NCBI RefSeq assembly: GCF_900083515.1
Contig: NZ_LT671858.1
Coordinates: 1,350,001 to 1,382,000 of the forward strand
DNA length: 32,000 nt
Reading direction: 5' to 3'
Source of the DNA: Cuniculiplasma divulgatum
GTDB lineage: Archaea > Thermoplasmatota > Thermoplasmata > Thermoplasmatales > Thermoplasmataceae
Of this stretch, positions 1-8,765 are shown one piece after another. Numbering within the stretch: position 1 is the stretch's first letter; each line of letters starts with the position of its first letter. The notes under the pieces were generated by a model. The model ran no database searches and was not told where the DNA came from. It saw only the letters and a list, made by a program, of their open reading frames with translations. Made by a program: the position numbers and the translations under genes.

Positions 1-173
1 ATACCATAGATGCAGAGGTAACAGAAGAGCAGGCTCTAAGGGCCATAAACTTGTCACTGGAAAAGTACTGCAGCGTTACCATATTGGCAAGGAGAGGCGG
101 TGTCCATGTTACCTACTCCCTGATCCTGAACGGAAAGAAAGTATGTGAAAAACAGGAACCTAAACTGGACTAA
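1..173 (+). CDS. OsmC/Ohr-family protein, C-terminal fragment (5' end outside the window)
   Basis: The frame is open from nt 3 to TAA at 171-173. It reads TIDAEVTEEQALRAINLSLEKYCSVTILARRGGVHVTYSLILNGKKVCEKQEPKLD. The 'EKYCSV' Cys motif plus a short beta-rich tail is typical of OsmC/Ohr C-termini. It is absent from the ORF track because no start codon lies in the window. Confidence 0.55.
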   Translation, partial: TIDAEVTEEQALRAINLSLEKYCSVTILARRGGVHVTYSLILNGKKVCEKQEPKLD

Positions 174-1189
174 AGATTTTTAATTCCGTGTCCAGTAAGT
201 ATTAGGAGAGAACCTTTTCCTAAATTGAATTTCTTTAACGCAGCATAGGTTATGGCTGAACTGTATTCACAGTCTATTCCAATAGTAAGGAGGTATTGTT
301 TCGCATCGATAATTTCATTTTCAGAAATCACCTCGCACCTTCCGTAAGTTTTTATTATAGAACTCAGGTGTGAATACCTGAGAGGTACAACCCCTGTTAA
401 AGCATCAGCAATTGAGGGTTCTGGTTCTCTGTCGATATTGTTCAACTTATTATACATCCCACTGGCTTTTTCTGGCTGAATAGCCCAAAGTGTTGGGATG
501 GAATCAATCAGTCCATTCTGAAGCAAGTGTGAAAAACCCTCAAATATACCAAGGTATAATGTTCCGGTTGAGAAAGGGATCAGAATATTATCAGGCATAT
601 GTTCCATTTGTTCATATATTTCGTAGGCAATAACTCTGAACCCGTCGTAAAATTCTGGCCAGTACTGATGACCAAGGTATTTGAGACCACTATTTTTTGC
701 ACTATTTTCTACGTCTTTTCTCGTTCCGTTTATTCTCTCAGTCTTGGATCCATATCGTTCAATCTGTTTCATCTTATTTTGGTTAGCGGAAGCCGAAGCG
801 AATACTGTTGCTTTAAGCCCTAACATTTTAGAAAACATTGCGAAAGATGCGCCTGCATTTCCAGAGGAATCCTCACTTACTTCATCTCCCTCGTTAAGGA
901 ACTTTTTGAAGTTCAAGAATGAAAAGAGAGTGTTCATACCTCTGTCCTTATAAGAAAGTGTTGGATTATAAAATTCTAACTTAGCCTTAAAATTATTGGT
1001 TTCAAGTATTGGCGTTTTTAAATTTAGCGGAATAAGTGGAGTCTCAAAATAATCATAGTTTGAAACCGTATTCTTTTCATATGGACCGGATACTTTTATG
1101 ATGAAAGGTGATCCACAGGTAGTACATACTAGTTCAAAATTTTCTCTTGTAGCACCACACTTACTGCAAAAAACTTTTGTTAAAACCAT
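170..1189 (-). CDS. Threonine synthase-like PLP enzyme (fold-type II) with N-terminal zinc ribbon
   Basis: 339-aa ORF with an ATG start. The N-terminal CSKCG...CTTCG (CxxC...CxxC) forms a zinc ribbon. 'NPTLSYKDRG' matches the PLP-lysine motif of ThrC/TrpB-type enzymes, and 'SSGNAG' is a glycine-rich phosphate loop. It is shorter than many ThrC proteins, so the exact activity is uncertain. Confidence 0.7.
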   Translation of the reverse strand: MVLTKVFCSKCGATRENFELVCTTCGSPFIIKVSGPYEKNTVSNYDYFETPLIPLNLKTPILETNNFKAKLEFYNPTLSYKDRGMNTLFSFLNFKKFLNEGDEVSEDSSGNAGASFAMFSKMLGLKATVFASASANQNKMKQIERYGSKTERINGTRKDVENSAKNSGLKYLGHQYWPEFYDGFRVIAYEIYEQMEHMPDNILIPFSTGTLYLGIFEGFSHLLQNGLIDSIPTLWAIQPEKASGMYNKLNNIDREPEPSIADALTGVVPLRYSHLSSIIKTYGRCEVISENEIIDAKQYLLTIGIDCEYSSAITYAALKKFNLGKGSLLILTGHGIKNL

Positions 1190-1217
1190 AGGTCTATATG
1201 GTGAGTAATTTTAAAAA

Positions 1218-1229
1218 TTTATATAAAAA
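1218..1229 (-). promoter_or_regulatory. TATA-box-like element upstream of the thrC-like gene
   Basis: The minus strand reads TTTTTATATAAA. It is centred about 35 nt upstream of the ATG at 1189 and lies in the 40-nt gap after the fusA stop. No transcription data are available. Confidence 0.3.
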
Positions 1230-3431
1230 TTAGAGGGAAGAGTAATAGTCTTCGTTATATGGTTCTGGCTTCAGGCCCTTCCTTGTTCTGATCTTTGAAA
1301 CAACTTCCTTCTGTATCTCTGGAGGTACTTTTTGATAACCTGAGTTCTCTGAACTCCATAGAACCTTACCACCAGTAGCACTTCTAATAGCAGATGCAAA
1401 CCCAAACATGCCCGAAACTGGTACTCTAGCAACGATTACAATATCATCGCCCTCGATATTCATTTCGTCAACTACTCCCCTTCTCTGCTGAATTTCGTTA
1501 GTAACTGACCCCATGATATCCTGTGGTACATTTATGTAGACTTTCTGAATAGGCTCCATCAATACTCTCCTGGCCTGACAGATTGCCCCATAAAGTGAGT
1601 TTCTACCAGCAGGAATTACCTGTGCAGGACCTCTGTGAATACTATCCTCGTGTAACTTTGCATCGACTAGAGATGCTTTTATATGAGTCATTCCTTCATT
1701 CGCCAGTGGCCCTCTTTCCACAACCTCTTTAAACGATTCCAGAAGCAGTTCCATGGTTTCATCTAGATACTGAATTCCCTTTGTCACATCAAACATTACA
1801 TTTTCTCCCATTACTGCGGTTATTCCTCTTGCAGTATCCCTATCAATTCCTGCATTCTGTAACTGTTCAATTGTGGCCCTCTTATCCTTGAACTTTGAAC
1901 CCTGTGGTAAAACACCATCTTTGATTAACTGAACCACACTTTCCTCCAGTGGCTCTACCTTGAAGTAGAATTTATTATGCTTATTTGGTGATTTTCCCTC
2001 GAATGGCCCCCCTGTTCTTTCTACAGTTTCCCTATACACAACTATTGGGTCAGAGGTTGTAACTTCAATCTTGTAATCGTTCTTGATTCTATAAAGCGTT
2101 ACTTCAAGATGAAGTTCACCCATTCCTGAAATAAGATGTTCACCTGTTTCCTGGTTTATGTTTACCTGAATAGAAGGATCAGCTTTGGAGACAGTTTTTA
2201 GTACATCAATTAATTTCGGCAGATCTGAGGTGTGTTTCGCTTCAATTGCGAGTGTGACCACCGGATCTGTGTAATGAGTCATGGGTTCAAAAGGTTCCAT
2301 ATCTGCAACGGCTGATACTGTTGAACCGGCAATTGCACTCTTGAGCCCTATAACGGCTGCGATGTTTCCTGCTGGAATTGAGTCAACCTGAATTCTATCT
2401 GGACCAACCATCATTGCAATGGTTTGAATTTTGAACTTGCCTGAAGCACTGCTTATGTATAGTTCCTGCCCTTTAGTCAAAGTACCACTGAATACTCTCC
2501 CAACTGCAATTTCACCAGCATGTGGATCGACAATAATTTTTGTAATCATCATTGCAAGTGGACCCTTTGTATCGCAAACCATCATTGATTTGCCTACCTG
2601 CGACTCGAGATCTCCGTGCCATACGTTGGGTATCCTGTATTCAGAAGCCTGTTTAGGATCTGGCAAATGATGAACCACCATATTTAAAATGATTTTATGC
2701 AATGGTGCTTTTTTGGCCAGTTCTTTCTGCTTGCCCTCCCTCACCATTGATACAATATCATTAAAATTGACATTAAAGACCTTCATTGCAGGCACTGAAA
2801 TAGCCCAGTTATTATATGCTGATCCAAATGATACCTTTCCGTTTTGAACGCTTAATTCCCATTCCTTTTTGAACTTATCTGGTGCATATTTAGCAATTAG
2901 TTTATTAACATCATTAATTATTTTAATAAATTTCTTCTGCATTTCCTCAGAATTTAGCTTTAATTCGTTGATTAACCTATCGACTTTGTTGATGAACATG
3001 GTTGGTTTAACATATTCCCTTAGTGCTTGCCTTATTACAGTTTCAGTCTGTGGCATTACACCCTCCACAGAATCAACAACTATAATGCAACCATCTACAG
3101 CTCTCATTGCCCTTGTTACATCTCCACCAAAGTCTACATGTCCAGGAGTATCAATCAGATTAATCAAATAATCCTTACCGTCTACCTGATGAACCATTGA
3201 AGCGTTAGCTGCGTTAATTGTTATTCCTCTGGCCTGTTCCTGTTCATCATAATCCAGCATTAACTGCTTTCCGGCAAGATCCTCACTCATCATCCCTGCT
3301 CCAGCAATTAAATTATCACTGAGCGTTGTTTTACCATGATCAATGTGTGCAGCAATATCTATATTTCTTATACTTTCAGCCTTATTAACTAATGTTGCAG
3401 CCTTTGCAATATTATCTTCCTTTCGACCCAT
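1230..3431 (-). CDS. fusA: Translation elongation factor 2 (aEF-2)
   Basis: 733 aa. G1 motif 'AHIDHGKTT' and G3 motif 'DTPGHVDF' are present, as is the diphthamide-site region 'HEDSIHRGPAQ'. An SD-like GGTG (plus-strand CACC at 3437-3440) sits 5 nt upstream of the ATG. Confidence 0.97.
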   Translation of the reverse strand: MGRKEDNIAKAATLVNKAESIRNIDIAAHIDHGKTTLSDNLIAGAGMMSEDLAGKQLMLDYDEQEQARGITINAANASMVHQVDGKDYLINLIDTPGHVDFGGDVTRAMRAVDGCIIVVDSVEGVMPQTETVIRQALREYVKPTMFINKVDRLINELKLNSEEMQKKFIKIINDVNKLIAKYAPDKFKKEWELSVQNGKVSFGSAYNNWAISVPAMKVFNVNFNDIVSMVREGKQKELAKKAPLHKIILNMVVHHLPDPKQASEYRIPNVWHGDLESQVGKSMMVCDTKGPLAMMITKIIVDPHAGEIAVGRVFSGTLTKGQELYISSASGKFKIQTIAMMVGPDRIQVDSIPAGNIAAVIGLKSAIAGSTVSAVADMEPFEPMTHYTDPVVTLAIEAKHTSDLPKLIDVLKTVSKADPSIQVNINQETGEHLISGMGELHLEVTLYRIKNDYKIEVTTSDPIVVYRETVERTGGPFEGKSPNKHNKFYFKVEPLEESVVQLIKDGVLPQGSKFKDKRATIEQLQNAGIDRDTARGITAVMGENVMFDVTKGIQYLDETMELLLESFKEVVERGPLANEGMTHIKASLVDAKLHEDSIHRGPAQVIPAGRNSLYGAICQARRVLMEPIQKVYINVPQDIMGSVTNEIQQRRGVVDEMNIEGDDIVIVARVPVSGMFGFASAIRSATGGKVLWSSENSGYQKVPPEIQKEVVSKIRTRKGLKPEPYNEDYYSSL

Positions 3432-3459
3432 AAAAACACCTTTAAAATATTAGAAAAAA

Positions 3460-3774
3460 TTAATTTTTCATTTGAATTTCTATCTGGACCCCGTCTGGTA
3501 TTGAGATTTTCATCACCTGCTTAAGTGTCCTTTCGTCTCCATCAATATCGATGAGTCTCTTATGTACCCTCATTTCCCATCTGTCCCAGGTCGGTGAACC
3601 TTCTCCATCTGGGCTCTTTCTTACTGGAACGGTTAATCTTTTGGTAGGTAATGGAACAGGACCGTGAATATCAACCCCTGTTCTTTGCGCAATACCTTTG
3701 ATCTCCCTGCAGACTTCGTCCACTATCCTATGATCAGTTCCACTCAGTGAAATCCTAGCTCTATATGATACCAT
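3460..3774 (-). CDS. rps10: 30S ribosomal protein S10 (uS10)
   Basis: The sequence '[18 protein letters not shown]...[37 protein letters not shown]' is typical archaeal S10. The ORF track begins at a GTG at 3783. The ATG at 3774 (MVSYRARI...) gives the usual length of about 104 aa. Either start is possible. Confidence 0.93.
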   Translation of the reverse strand: MVSYRARISLSGTDHRIVDEVCREIKGIAQRTGVDIHGPVPLPTKRLTVPVRKSPDGEGSPTWDRWEMRVHKRLIDIDGDERTLKQVMKISIPDGVQIEIQMKN

Positions 3775-3784
3775 GATGTTCACT

Positions 3785-5059
3785 TTACTTAGTTTCTACT
3801 TCCTGGCAGAGACCTGCGGCAACAGTTTGCCCCATATCCCTAATAGCAAACCTACCGAGTTGTGGGAATTCTGCAACCTTCTCTATTACCAATGGTTTAT
3901 CTGGAACCACTTTAACAACCGCTATATCTCCAGTTTTGATGAACTGAGGATTGTTTTCTTTTGTTGTACCGTCCTTAGGGTTGATTGTCTTTACGAGCTC
4001 TTCAAACCTGCACGCAACCTGAGTTGTATGAACGTGAAATACTGGCTTGTAACCAACTGCAATAACGCTTGGATGGTTCAGAACTACTATCTGAGCCGTG
4101 AATGATTTGGCTACGGTTGGTGGTGCATTAACTGGTCCACAAACATCTCCTCTCTTGACATCATTTTTGGCTATTCCCCTTACATTGAACCCTACATTGT
4201 CTCCTGGTTCTGCCTGGGGCAATGACTCATGATGCATTTCCACAGATTTTACTTCCCCCTGCTTATTGGCCGGCATGAATATAACCTTGTCTCCAGGTTT
4301 TATAATTCCTGTTTCAACTCTTCCAACAGGAACTGTTCCTATTCCAGTTATGGAATAAACGTCCTGAACTGGTAGCCTGAGAGGCTTGTTTGTTGGTTTC
4401 TCGGGTACCTTTAATGATTCTAATGCTTCCAGTAATGTTGGTCCACTGTACCATTTCATGTTTTCTGATTTTTTCGTTATGTTATCTCCCTTATAACCAC
4501 TAATTGGGATTATTGGAAAATTCCTGTAACCAACAGACGCCATGAACTTCTCTATTTCTCCCTTTACTTCTGTGAATCTCTTTTCACTGTAAGGTGGTTG
4601 TACTGAGTCCATCTTATTTGCAAGTACTATGATCTGTTGTACTCCAAGTGTCTTTGCAAGGAATGCGTGCTCTCTTGTCTGTGCCATGATCCCTTCTCCT
4701 TCCCTTGCAGATATTACAAGCATAGCTGCATCTGCCTGGCTTGTTCCAGTAATCATATTTTTTACAAAGTCCCTATGCCCTGGTGCATCAATGATAGTGA
4801 AGTAGTACTTATCTGTCTCAAACTTCCTGTGAGATAGATCAATTGTAACTCCTCTTTCCCTTTCTTCTTTGTACCTATCCATTACCCAAGCAAACTCGAA
4901 CGTAGCTTTTCCTTTTTCATCGGCCTGTTTCTTGTAATCATCGATTATGTGCTGTGGAATTTCACCGTGCTCGAACAGCAGTCTCCCTACTAAAGTCGAC
5001 TTTCCATGATCAACATGCCCTATCGTTACCAAATTTATGTGTGGTTTTTGTCCTGCCAT
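3785..5059 (-). CDS. tuf: Translation elongation factor 1-alpha (aEF-1alpha / EF-Tu family)
   Basis: 424 aa with 'GHVDHGKST', 'DAPGHRDF' and 'NKMD' GTPase motifs. An SD-like GGTGA (plus-strand TCACC at 5064-5068) sits 4 nt upstream of the ATG. Confidence 0.97.
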   Translation of the reverse strand: MAGQKPHINLVTIGHVDHGKSTLVGRLLFEHGEIPQHIIDDYKKQADEKGKATFEFAWVMDRYKEERERGVTIDLSHRKFETDKYYFTIIDAPGHRDFVKNMITGTSQADAAMLVISAREGEGIMAQTREHAFLAKTLGVQQIIVLANKMDSVQPPYSEKRFTEVKGEIEKFMASVGYRNFPIIPISGYKGDNITKKSENMKWYSGPTLLEALESLKVPEKPTNKPLRLPVQDVYSITGIGTVPVGRVETGIIKPGDKVIFMPANKQGEVKSVEMHHESLPQAEPGDNVGFNVRGIAKNDVKRGDVCGPVNAPPTVAKSFTAQIVVLNHPSVIAVGYKPVFHVHTTQVACRFEELVKTINPKDGTTKENNPQFIKTGDIAVVKVVPDKPLVIEKVAEFPQLGRFAIRDMGQTVAAGLCQEVETK

Positions 5060-5101
5060 TTATTCACCTTTTACTTATTTGAGTTATCCCGTTAGAGGAT
5101 T

Positions 5102-5290
5102 TTATTTATTAAACTCTTCGTACGGTAATTTATAATAGTTATAATAGGTTTTCCAATTGCTTTCACTTTTAGTAAAACTAGCACGTTTACATATAGTATG
5201 GGCGGAGAGGATGTTCAATACCAATTGCACTTTAGGATAGATAGTTTTCAAAATGCTCCTTAAATGGTTTCTTTCTAATAATCGAAACAT
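5102..5290 (-). CDS. Hypothetical 62-aa basic ORF in the tuf leader (may be non-coding 5' UTR)
   Basis: An ATG-initiated ORF that ends 42 nt upstream of the tuf ATG on the same strand. It has no recognisable motif. Its only support is position: tuf carries an SD (which implies an upstream transcription start), and a TATA-like element lies about 30 nt upstream of this ORF. Confidence 0.2.
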   Translation of the reverse strand: MFRLLERNHLRSILKTIYPKVQLVLNILSAHTICKRASFTKSESNWKTYYNYYKLPYEEFNK

Positions 5291-5317
5291 TTAATTTCAC
5301 TGTTATTATTTCGTAAA

Positions 5318-5328
5318 GTTTAAAGTGC
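5318..5328. promoter_or_regulatory. Near-palindromic TATA-like element AAAGTTTAAAG shared by divergent rps3ae and tuf-leader transcription units
   Basis: The element is centred about 23 nt upstream of the rps3ae ATG (5346) and about 33 nt upstream of the ATG at 5290 on the other strand. It is the only strong TATA-like element I saw in that part of the 286-nt divergent spacer. Confidence 0.35.
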
Positions 5329-5345
5329 ACCTTTAGAGGGATTGA

Positions 5346-5990
5346 ATGGCTGGAGAAAGATCAAATAAAAGAACGAAGGATAAGTGGAAAGAAAAGAAAT
5401 GGTACAGAATTATGGCTCCGAGTCAGCTTGGAGGAAAAGAAATAGCTATGACAGTGGGTACTGGACCCGATAGTATAAAAGGAAGAGTGGTGGAAATTCC
5501 TATATCAGACTTTTCTGGGAATTTCAAAAAGTCAAACGCAAAGCTCGAATTTAAGGTCTTAGATTGTGTTGGTACTAAGTGCAGTACAATTTTTGTTGGT
5601 CATTCTGTTAACGACGATTATATAAGAAGAATGGTAAGGAGAAGAAAAGAGAGAATTGATATTGTAAAGGATGTAAAAACTACCGATGGTTACGAATTTG
5701 TTCTTAAGGTGGTCGCTGTAACAGAAAATAAGTTGACATCAGCTAAAAGTGTTGAGCTGAGAAATGCTATTACTCAAATTGTTTCTGAAAAAGTTAAGAA
5801 TATGGATTACTTTGAATTTGCTAGATTTATAATAGAAGATGAATCAGTATCAGAAATATTAAACGGAGTCAAAGATATATACCCGCTCAAAAAGCTGGAA
5901 TTTAGAAAGTCAGAGCTCACAAGCACTGGAGAGAAATATAACTTTTCAGTTCCTGAAGATGCCCCGGCAGAGGAAGTCCCAGCTCAATAA
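5346..5990 (+). CDS. rps3ae: 30S ribosomal protein S3Ae (eS1)
   Basis: 214 aa. The N-terminus 'KDKWKEKKWYRIMAP' and the overall pattern are typical of archaeal S3Ae/eS1. Confidence 0.9.
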   Translation: MAGERSNKRTKDKWKEKKWYRIMAPSQLGGKEIAMTVGTGPDSIKGRVVEIPISDFSGNFKKSNAKLEFKVLDCVGTKCSTIFVGHSVNDDYIRRMVRRRKERIDIVKDVKTTDGYEFVLKVVAVTENKLTSAKSVELRNAITQIVSEKVKNMDYFEFARFIIEDESVSEILNGVKDIYPLKKLEFRKSELTSTGEKYNFSVPEDAPAEEVPAQ

Positions 5991-6009
5991 TCTAAAAACT
6001 ATTTTAAGC

Positions 6010-6098
6010 GCCGGGGTGGCTTAGTAGGTGGAGCGCCGGACTCATAAGAATTTTTCTGAGAAATCCGGAGGTCTCGGGTTCGATCCCCGATCCCGGCA
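6010..6098 (+). tRNA. tRNA with CAU anticodon (elongator Met, or Ile2 if C34 is agmatinylated) containing a 16-nt intron
   Basis: The cloverleaf was folded by hand. Acceptor stem GCCGGGG/TCCCGGC (G1:C72, so not an archaeal initiator). D arm GCTT-AGTAGGTG-GAGC. Anticodon stem CCGGA/TCCGG with loop CTCATA|A. Variable loop AGGTC. T arm TCGGG-TTCGATC-CCCGA. Discriminator A. No encoded CCA. The mature length is 73 nt. Confidence 0.9.
6047..6062 (+). other. tRNA intron at the canonical 37/38 position with an hBHBh' splicing motif
   Basis: The intron is AGAATTTTTCTGAGAA. Anticodon-loop CUCA pairs with intron UGAG to form the 4-bp central helix. That helix is flanked by 3-nt bulges, UA|A and AA|A, which carry the two splice sites. 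Intron GAA/UUC forms the outer helix. Confidence 0.8.
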
Positions 6099-6226
6099 TA
6101 CATTTAAATGTGGAATGCTTAGTTCAAAAATCTCAAATGATTCTGCTAAAAGGTTGAACTAATAACTTGGATCTGAAAATTAAGGTTTGTTTCATATTGA
6201 GCGGCATAAAAGACTCATATATGCTA

Positions 6227-6856
6227 TCATAATTTTGTCCTGGTTAATCTTGAAAGGTTAGATTCCAATATTTCATGAGCGGTTTCTTTGGCATCAGAAT
6301 GAGGTATTTTGTTAAGATTATCTAACACTTTTGTGATATCTTCAACTGGTCTGTTCTGGCTCATTTTCCATTTTGCAAATATTTCTGTAACTTTTATTCT
6401 AAAACCGACAATTTCCTCTATCATTTTTTGATAATAATCTTCTTTTTCTTTTTGTAATGCCGCCCACTCTGGATCTAATTCAAGACTCAGTTCTTTTAAC
6501 AAGAGTTCTGTTTGACTTCTCTCCAGTAATTCTAGTATCCCATTAATTTTCACAGTAGCGTAATCCCAGGTTGGAACAGAAGACTCTATTGTATACCATC
6601 TGGGTGATATATAATGATGAGTTCCCAGAAATAGTACGGTCACCTTCTTATTTTCTGAAGTTTTCCACTGATCATTATTTCTGGAAAGATGGCCATAAAG
6701 AATAAAAGAATCTCCCTCTGGTTTTATGATAAACGGTATTTGTGAGTTAAATATCTCGTCATTGACTGATGTAAGAAGTAACCCAAAACTGTTCTTCCTG
6801 ATAAATTGATAGACCTTTTCTTGATCTGTCACCTTAAATTCGTTTGGTATATACAC
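6227..6856 (-). CDS. PaiB-like FMN-binding protein (putative transcriptional regulator family, split-barrel fold)
   Basis: 209 aa with a GTG start. The N-terminus 'MYIPNEFKVTDQEKVYQFIRKNSFGLL' matches the conserved start of the PaiB/FMN_bind_2 family. Confidence 0.65.
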   Translation of the reverse strand: MYIPNEFKVTDQEKVYQFIRKNSFGLLLTSVNDEIFNSQIPFIIKPEGDSFILYGHLSRNNDQWKTSENKKVTVLFLGTHHYISPRWYTIESSVPTWDYATVKINGILELLERSQTELLLKELSLELDPEWAALQKEKEDYYQKMIEEIVGFRIKVTEIFAKWKMSQNRPVEDITKVLDNLNKIPHSDAKETAHEILESNLSRLTRTKL

Positions 6857-6918
6857 AGTAGATCATGGTAATTGGATATATTATCTTATAAAGATTGTTT
6901 TTGGATTAAATATGCTTT

Positions 6919-8091
6919 TCAAGAAATAGATTTGCTGAACCGTTCTCTGTAATTTTTAATGGTTCTGTAAAAAAATATTAGGAGGACTGTGGCAATAAAG
7001 CCAGGAAATGTGACATATATCCAGAAAAGTATATGACTTGAAATAACTGGTAAGAATGCCCCACCAAGAAGTGGACCGAAAGCACGCCCTGCTGAACAGA
7101 ATGCATTGTATATTCCTATATTGGTTCCAATTTTCTCCTTTCTGGAAATACTTGCGACTATGGAGTAGCCATTAGGGAATGATAGATTCTCTCCCATTGT
7201 GAATACTGCTGTTGATACTAGCATCTGAATAAGGTTAGAGTCTAGTCCATAGGATGCAAAACCCAATGTATAAATCAATCCCCCCAGAATTAATGCTTGA
7301 AATTCCCCCATTTTTCTGGAAATTTTGTAGAAAAATGGCTGTGTAAAGGCTACTAGTAAACCATTAAGCATATAGACTAACCCTATTTCGTAATACTGCC
7401 CAGAGAATATTCCATCGGAGTAGAGTGAGAGAGATATTGTTTCCTGAGCCTGGACCATAAATATCAGTAGTGCTGAAACAGAAATGACAATGAGTGCCAG
7501 ATTACTGGTGTTGAACTTTAGGTGTTTTTCCTCTATATTTAAGGGAATATTTCTTACCTTTAAGGAGATTAAAAACGAGATCAAGGCAGTTACAGTAAAA
7601 AAATAGAAGATACCGGGAAATCCGAAATATGACAGTATAAATCCGCCCATGGCAGGACCAAACCCCCAGCCCAGATTGTTACCCACTCTCATTATGGAAA
7701 ATCCCTTCAGCTGAACATTGCTCGATCTGGAAACAAGAGCGTTTGAGGATGGAGATTGAAATCCGTTAAGTACCATTATGGCCCCAAAACTGAGTGGAAA
7801 AAGAATGGTTGAACCATTAATGAATTTGCTTACTGCGAGAATAAGACTCATTAAAAAGACTGCTGATAGGAATATGGTGAAAACCTTCTTATGACCAATT
7901 CGATCTCCAAGCCTTCCTCCACCATACTGGGCAAAGGAAGAAACAATTCCTCCTGACATGAATACAAGTGCAGCAAAAAACGTTGAAAGCCCAAGAAATT
8001 TAGTCATATAAATGGAACTGTAAATCCAAATGGATGAATATCCAAGACCCCTTATTGCTGAGGAAACTGTCACAATTTTTACATTGTCCAT
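6919..8091 (-). CDS. MFS transporter
   Basis: 390 aa with about 12 hydrophobic segments. 'GGRLGDRIGHKK' is an MFS motif-A-like loop between TM2 and TM3. Confidence 0.8.
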   Translation of the reverse strand: MDNVKIVTVSSAIRGLGYSSIWIYSSIYMTKFLGLSTFFAALVFMSGGIVSSFAQYGGGRLGDRIGHKKVFTIFLSAVFLMSLILAVSKFINGSTILFPLSFGAIMVLNGFQSPSSNALVSRSSNVQLKGFSIMRVGNNLGWGFGPAMGGFILSYFGFPGIFYFFTVTALISFLISLKVRNIPLNIEEKHLKFNTSNLALIVISVSALLIFMVQAQETISLSLYSDGIFSGQYYEIGLVYMLNGLLVAFTQPFFYKISRKMGEFQALILGGLIYTLGFASYGLDSNLIQMLVSTAVFTMGENLSFPNGYSIVASISRKEKIGTNIGIYNAFCSAGRAFGPLLGGAFLPVISSHILFWIYVTFPGFIATVLLIFFYRTIKNYRERFSKSIS

Positions 8092-8202
8092 TGAGAGGGA
8101 GTCATCGAATGTATCTATTTAGAAATATTCTCTAATTTTTAAGACATTGCTTTCTTAAATTATAATTGTAGTTGATATGAATAATTGATTTGAAAGATAA
8201 AT

Positions 8203-8634
8203 TTATTTTATTGATGAGAAAACTGTGATTGTTTCAGTCCTTTCTACTCCGGCTACGGACCTGAGTTTGTCCAGAACGAATTCACCGATTTCCTCGATAC
8301 TTTTTCCTCTTACTTTTATGATTAGGTCCCACTGACCGGCCACTATACTAACTTCATAGACCTGTGGGAAATGCCCAATGATGCGTGCCATTTCTCTCTG
8401 TTTTACATTTGCCTTGGGATCAAAGGATACAAACACATAAGCCATTGCACCAAGTCCCAGCTGAGAATAATCAGGAATTGCTGTAAATCCTTTTATTACG
8501 CCATTTGAGATCATATTCTGCATTCTTTCATAGATAGTGATTCTAGGAATGTCCAGATTCCTTGAAATGTCAGCAATTTTGTCCCTGCCTTTCTCCATAA
8601 GATACTCAAGTATTCTACTATCCTTGTCATCCAT
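8203..8634 (-). CDS. Lrp/AsnC-family transcriptional regulator
   Basis: It has an N-terminal HTH ('DSRILEYLMEKGRDKIADISRNLDIPRITIYERMQNM') and a C-terminal RAM/ACT-like domain. The ORF track starts at a GTG at 8640. The ATG at 8634 (MDDKDSRIL...) is the more likely start. Confidence 0.85.
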   Translation of the reverse strand: MDDKDSRILEYLMEKGRDKIADISRNLDIPRITIYERMQNMISNGVIKGFTAIPDYSQLGLGAMAYVFVSFDPKANVKQREMARIIGHFPQVYEVSIVAGQWDLIIKVRGKSIEEIGEFVLDKLRSVAGVERTETITVFSSIK

Positions 8635-8765
8635 TAGCACTGTATTGTTATTTACTATTTAAGATTTTTAAAACGTCTGATAAAGTTATGAATTATTTTC
8701 AAATGGATACAAAATGTCTAAATTATACAACAAAATGTTATATGATGATAGATAATTACTATATC

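Noticed and set aside
3773-4105. 110-aa ORF on the plus strand
   Set aside because: It is antisense to the 3' part of the EF-1alpha gene and is a shadow ORF.
8688-8765. 26-codon N-terminal extension of the AsnA-type gene given in the ORF track
   Set aside because: The extension (MNYFQMDTKCLNYTTKCYMMIDNYYI) looks like translated AT-rich promoter DNA and contains TATA-like elements. The homologous Pyrococcus-type enzymes, as I recall them, begin near the position of the ATG at 8766. The upstream start cannot be formally excluded.
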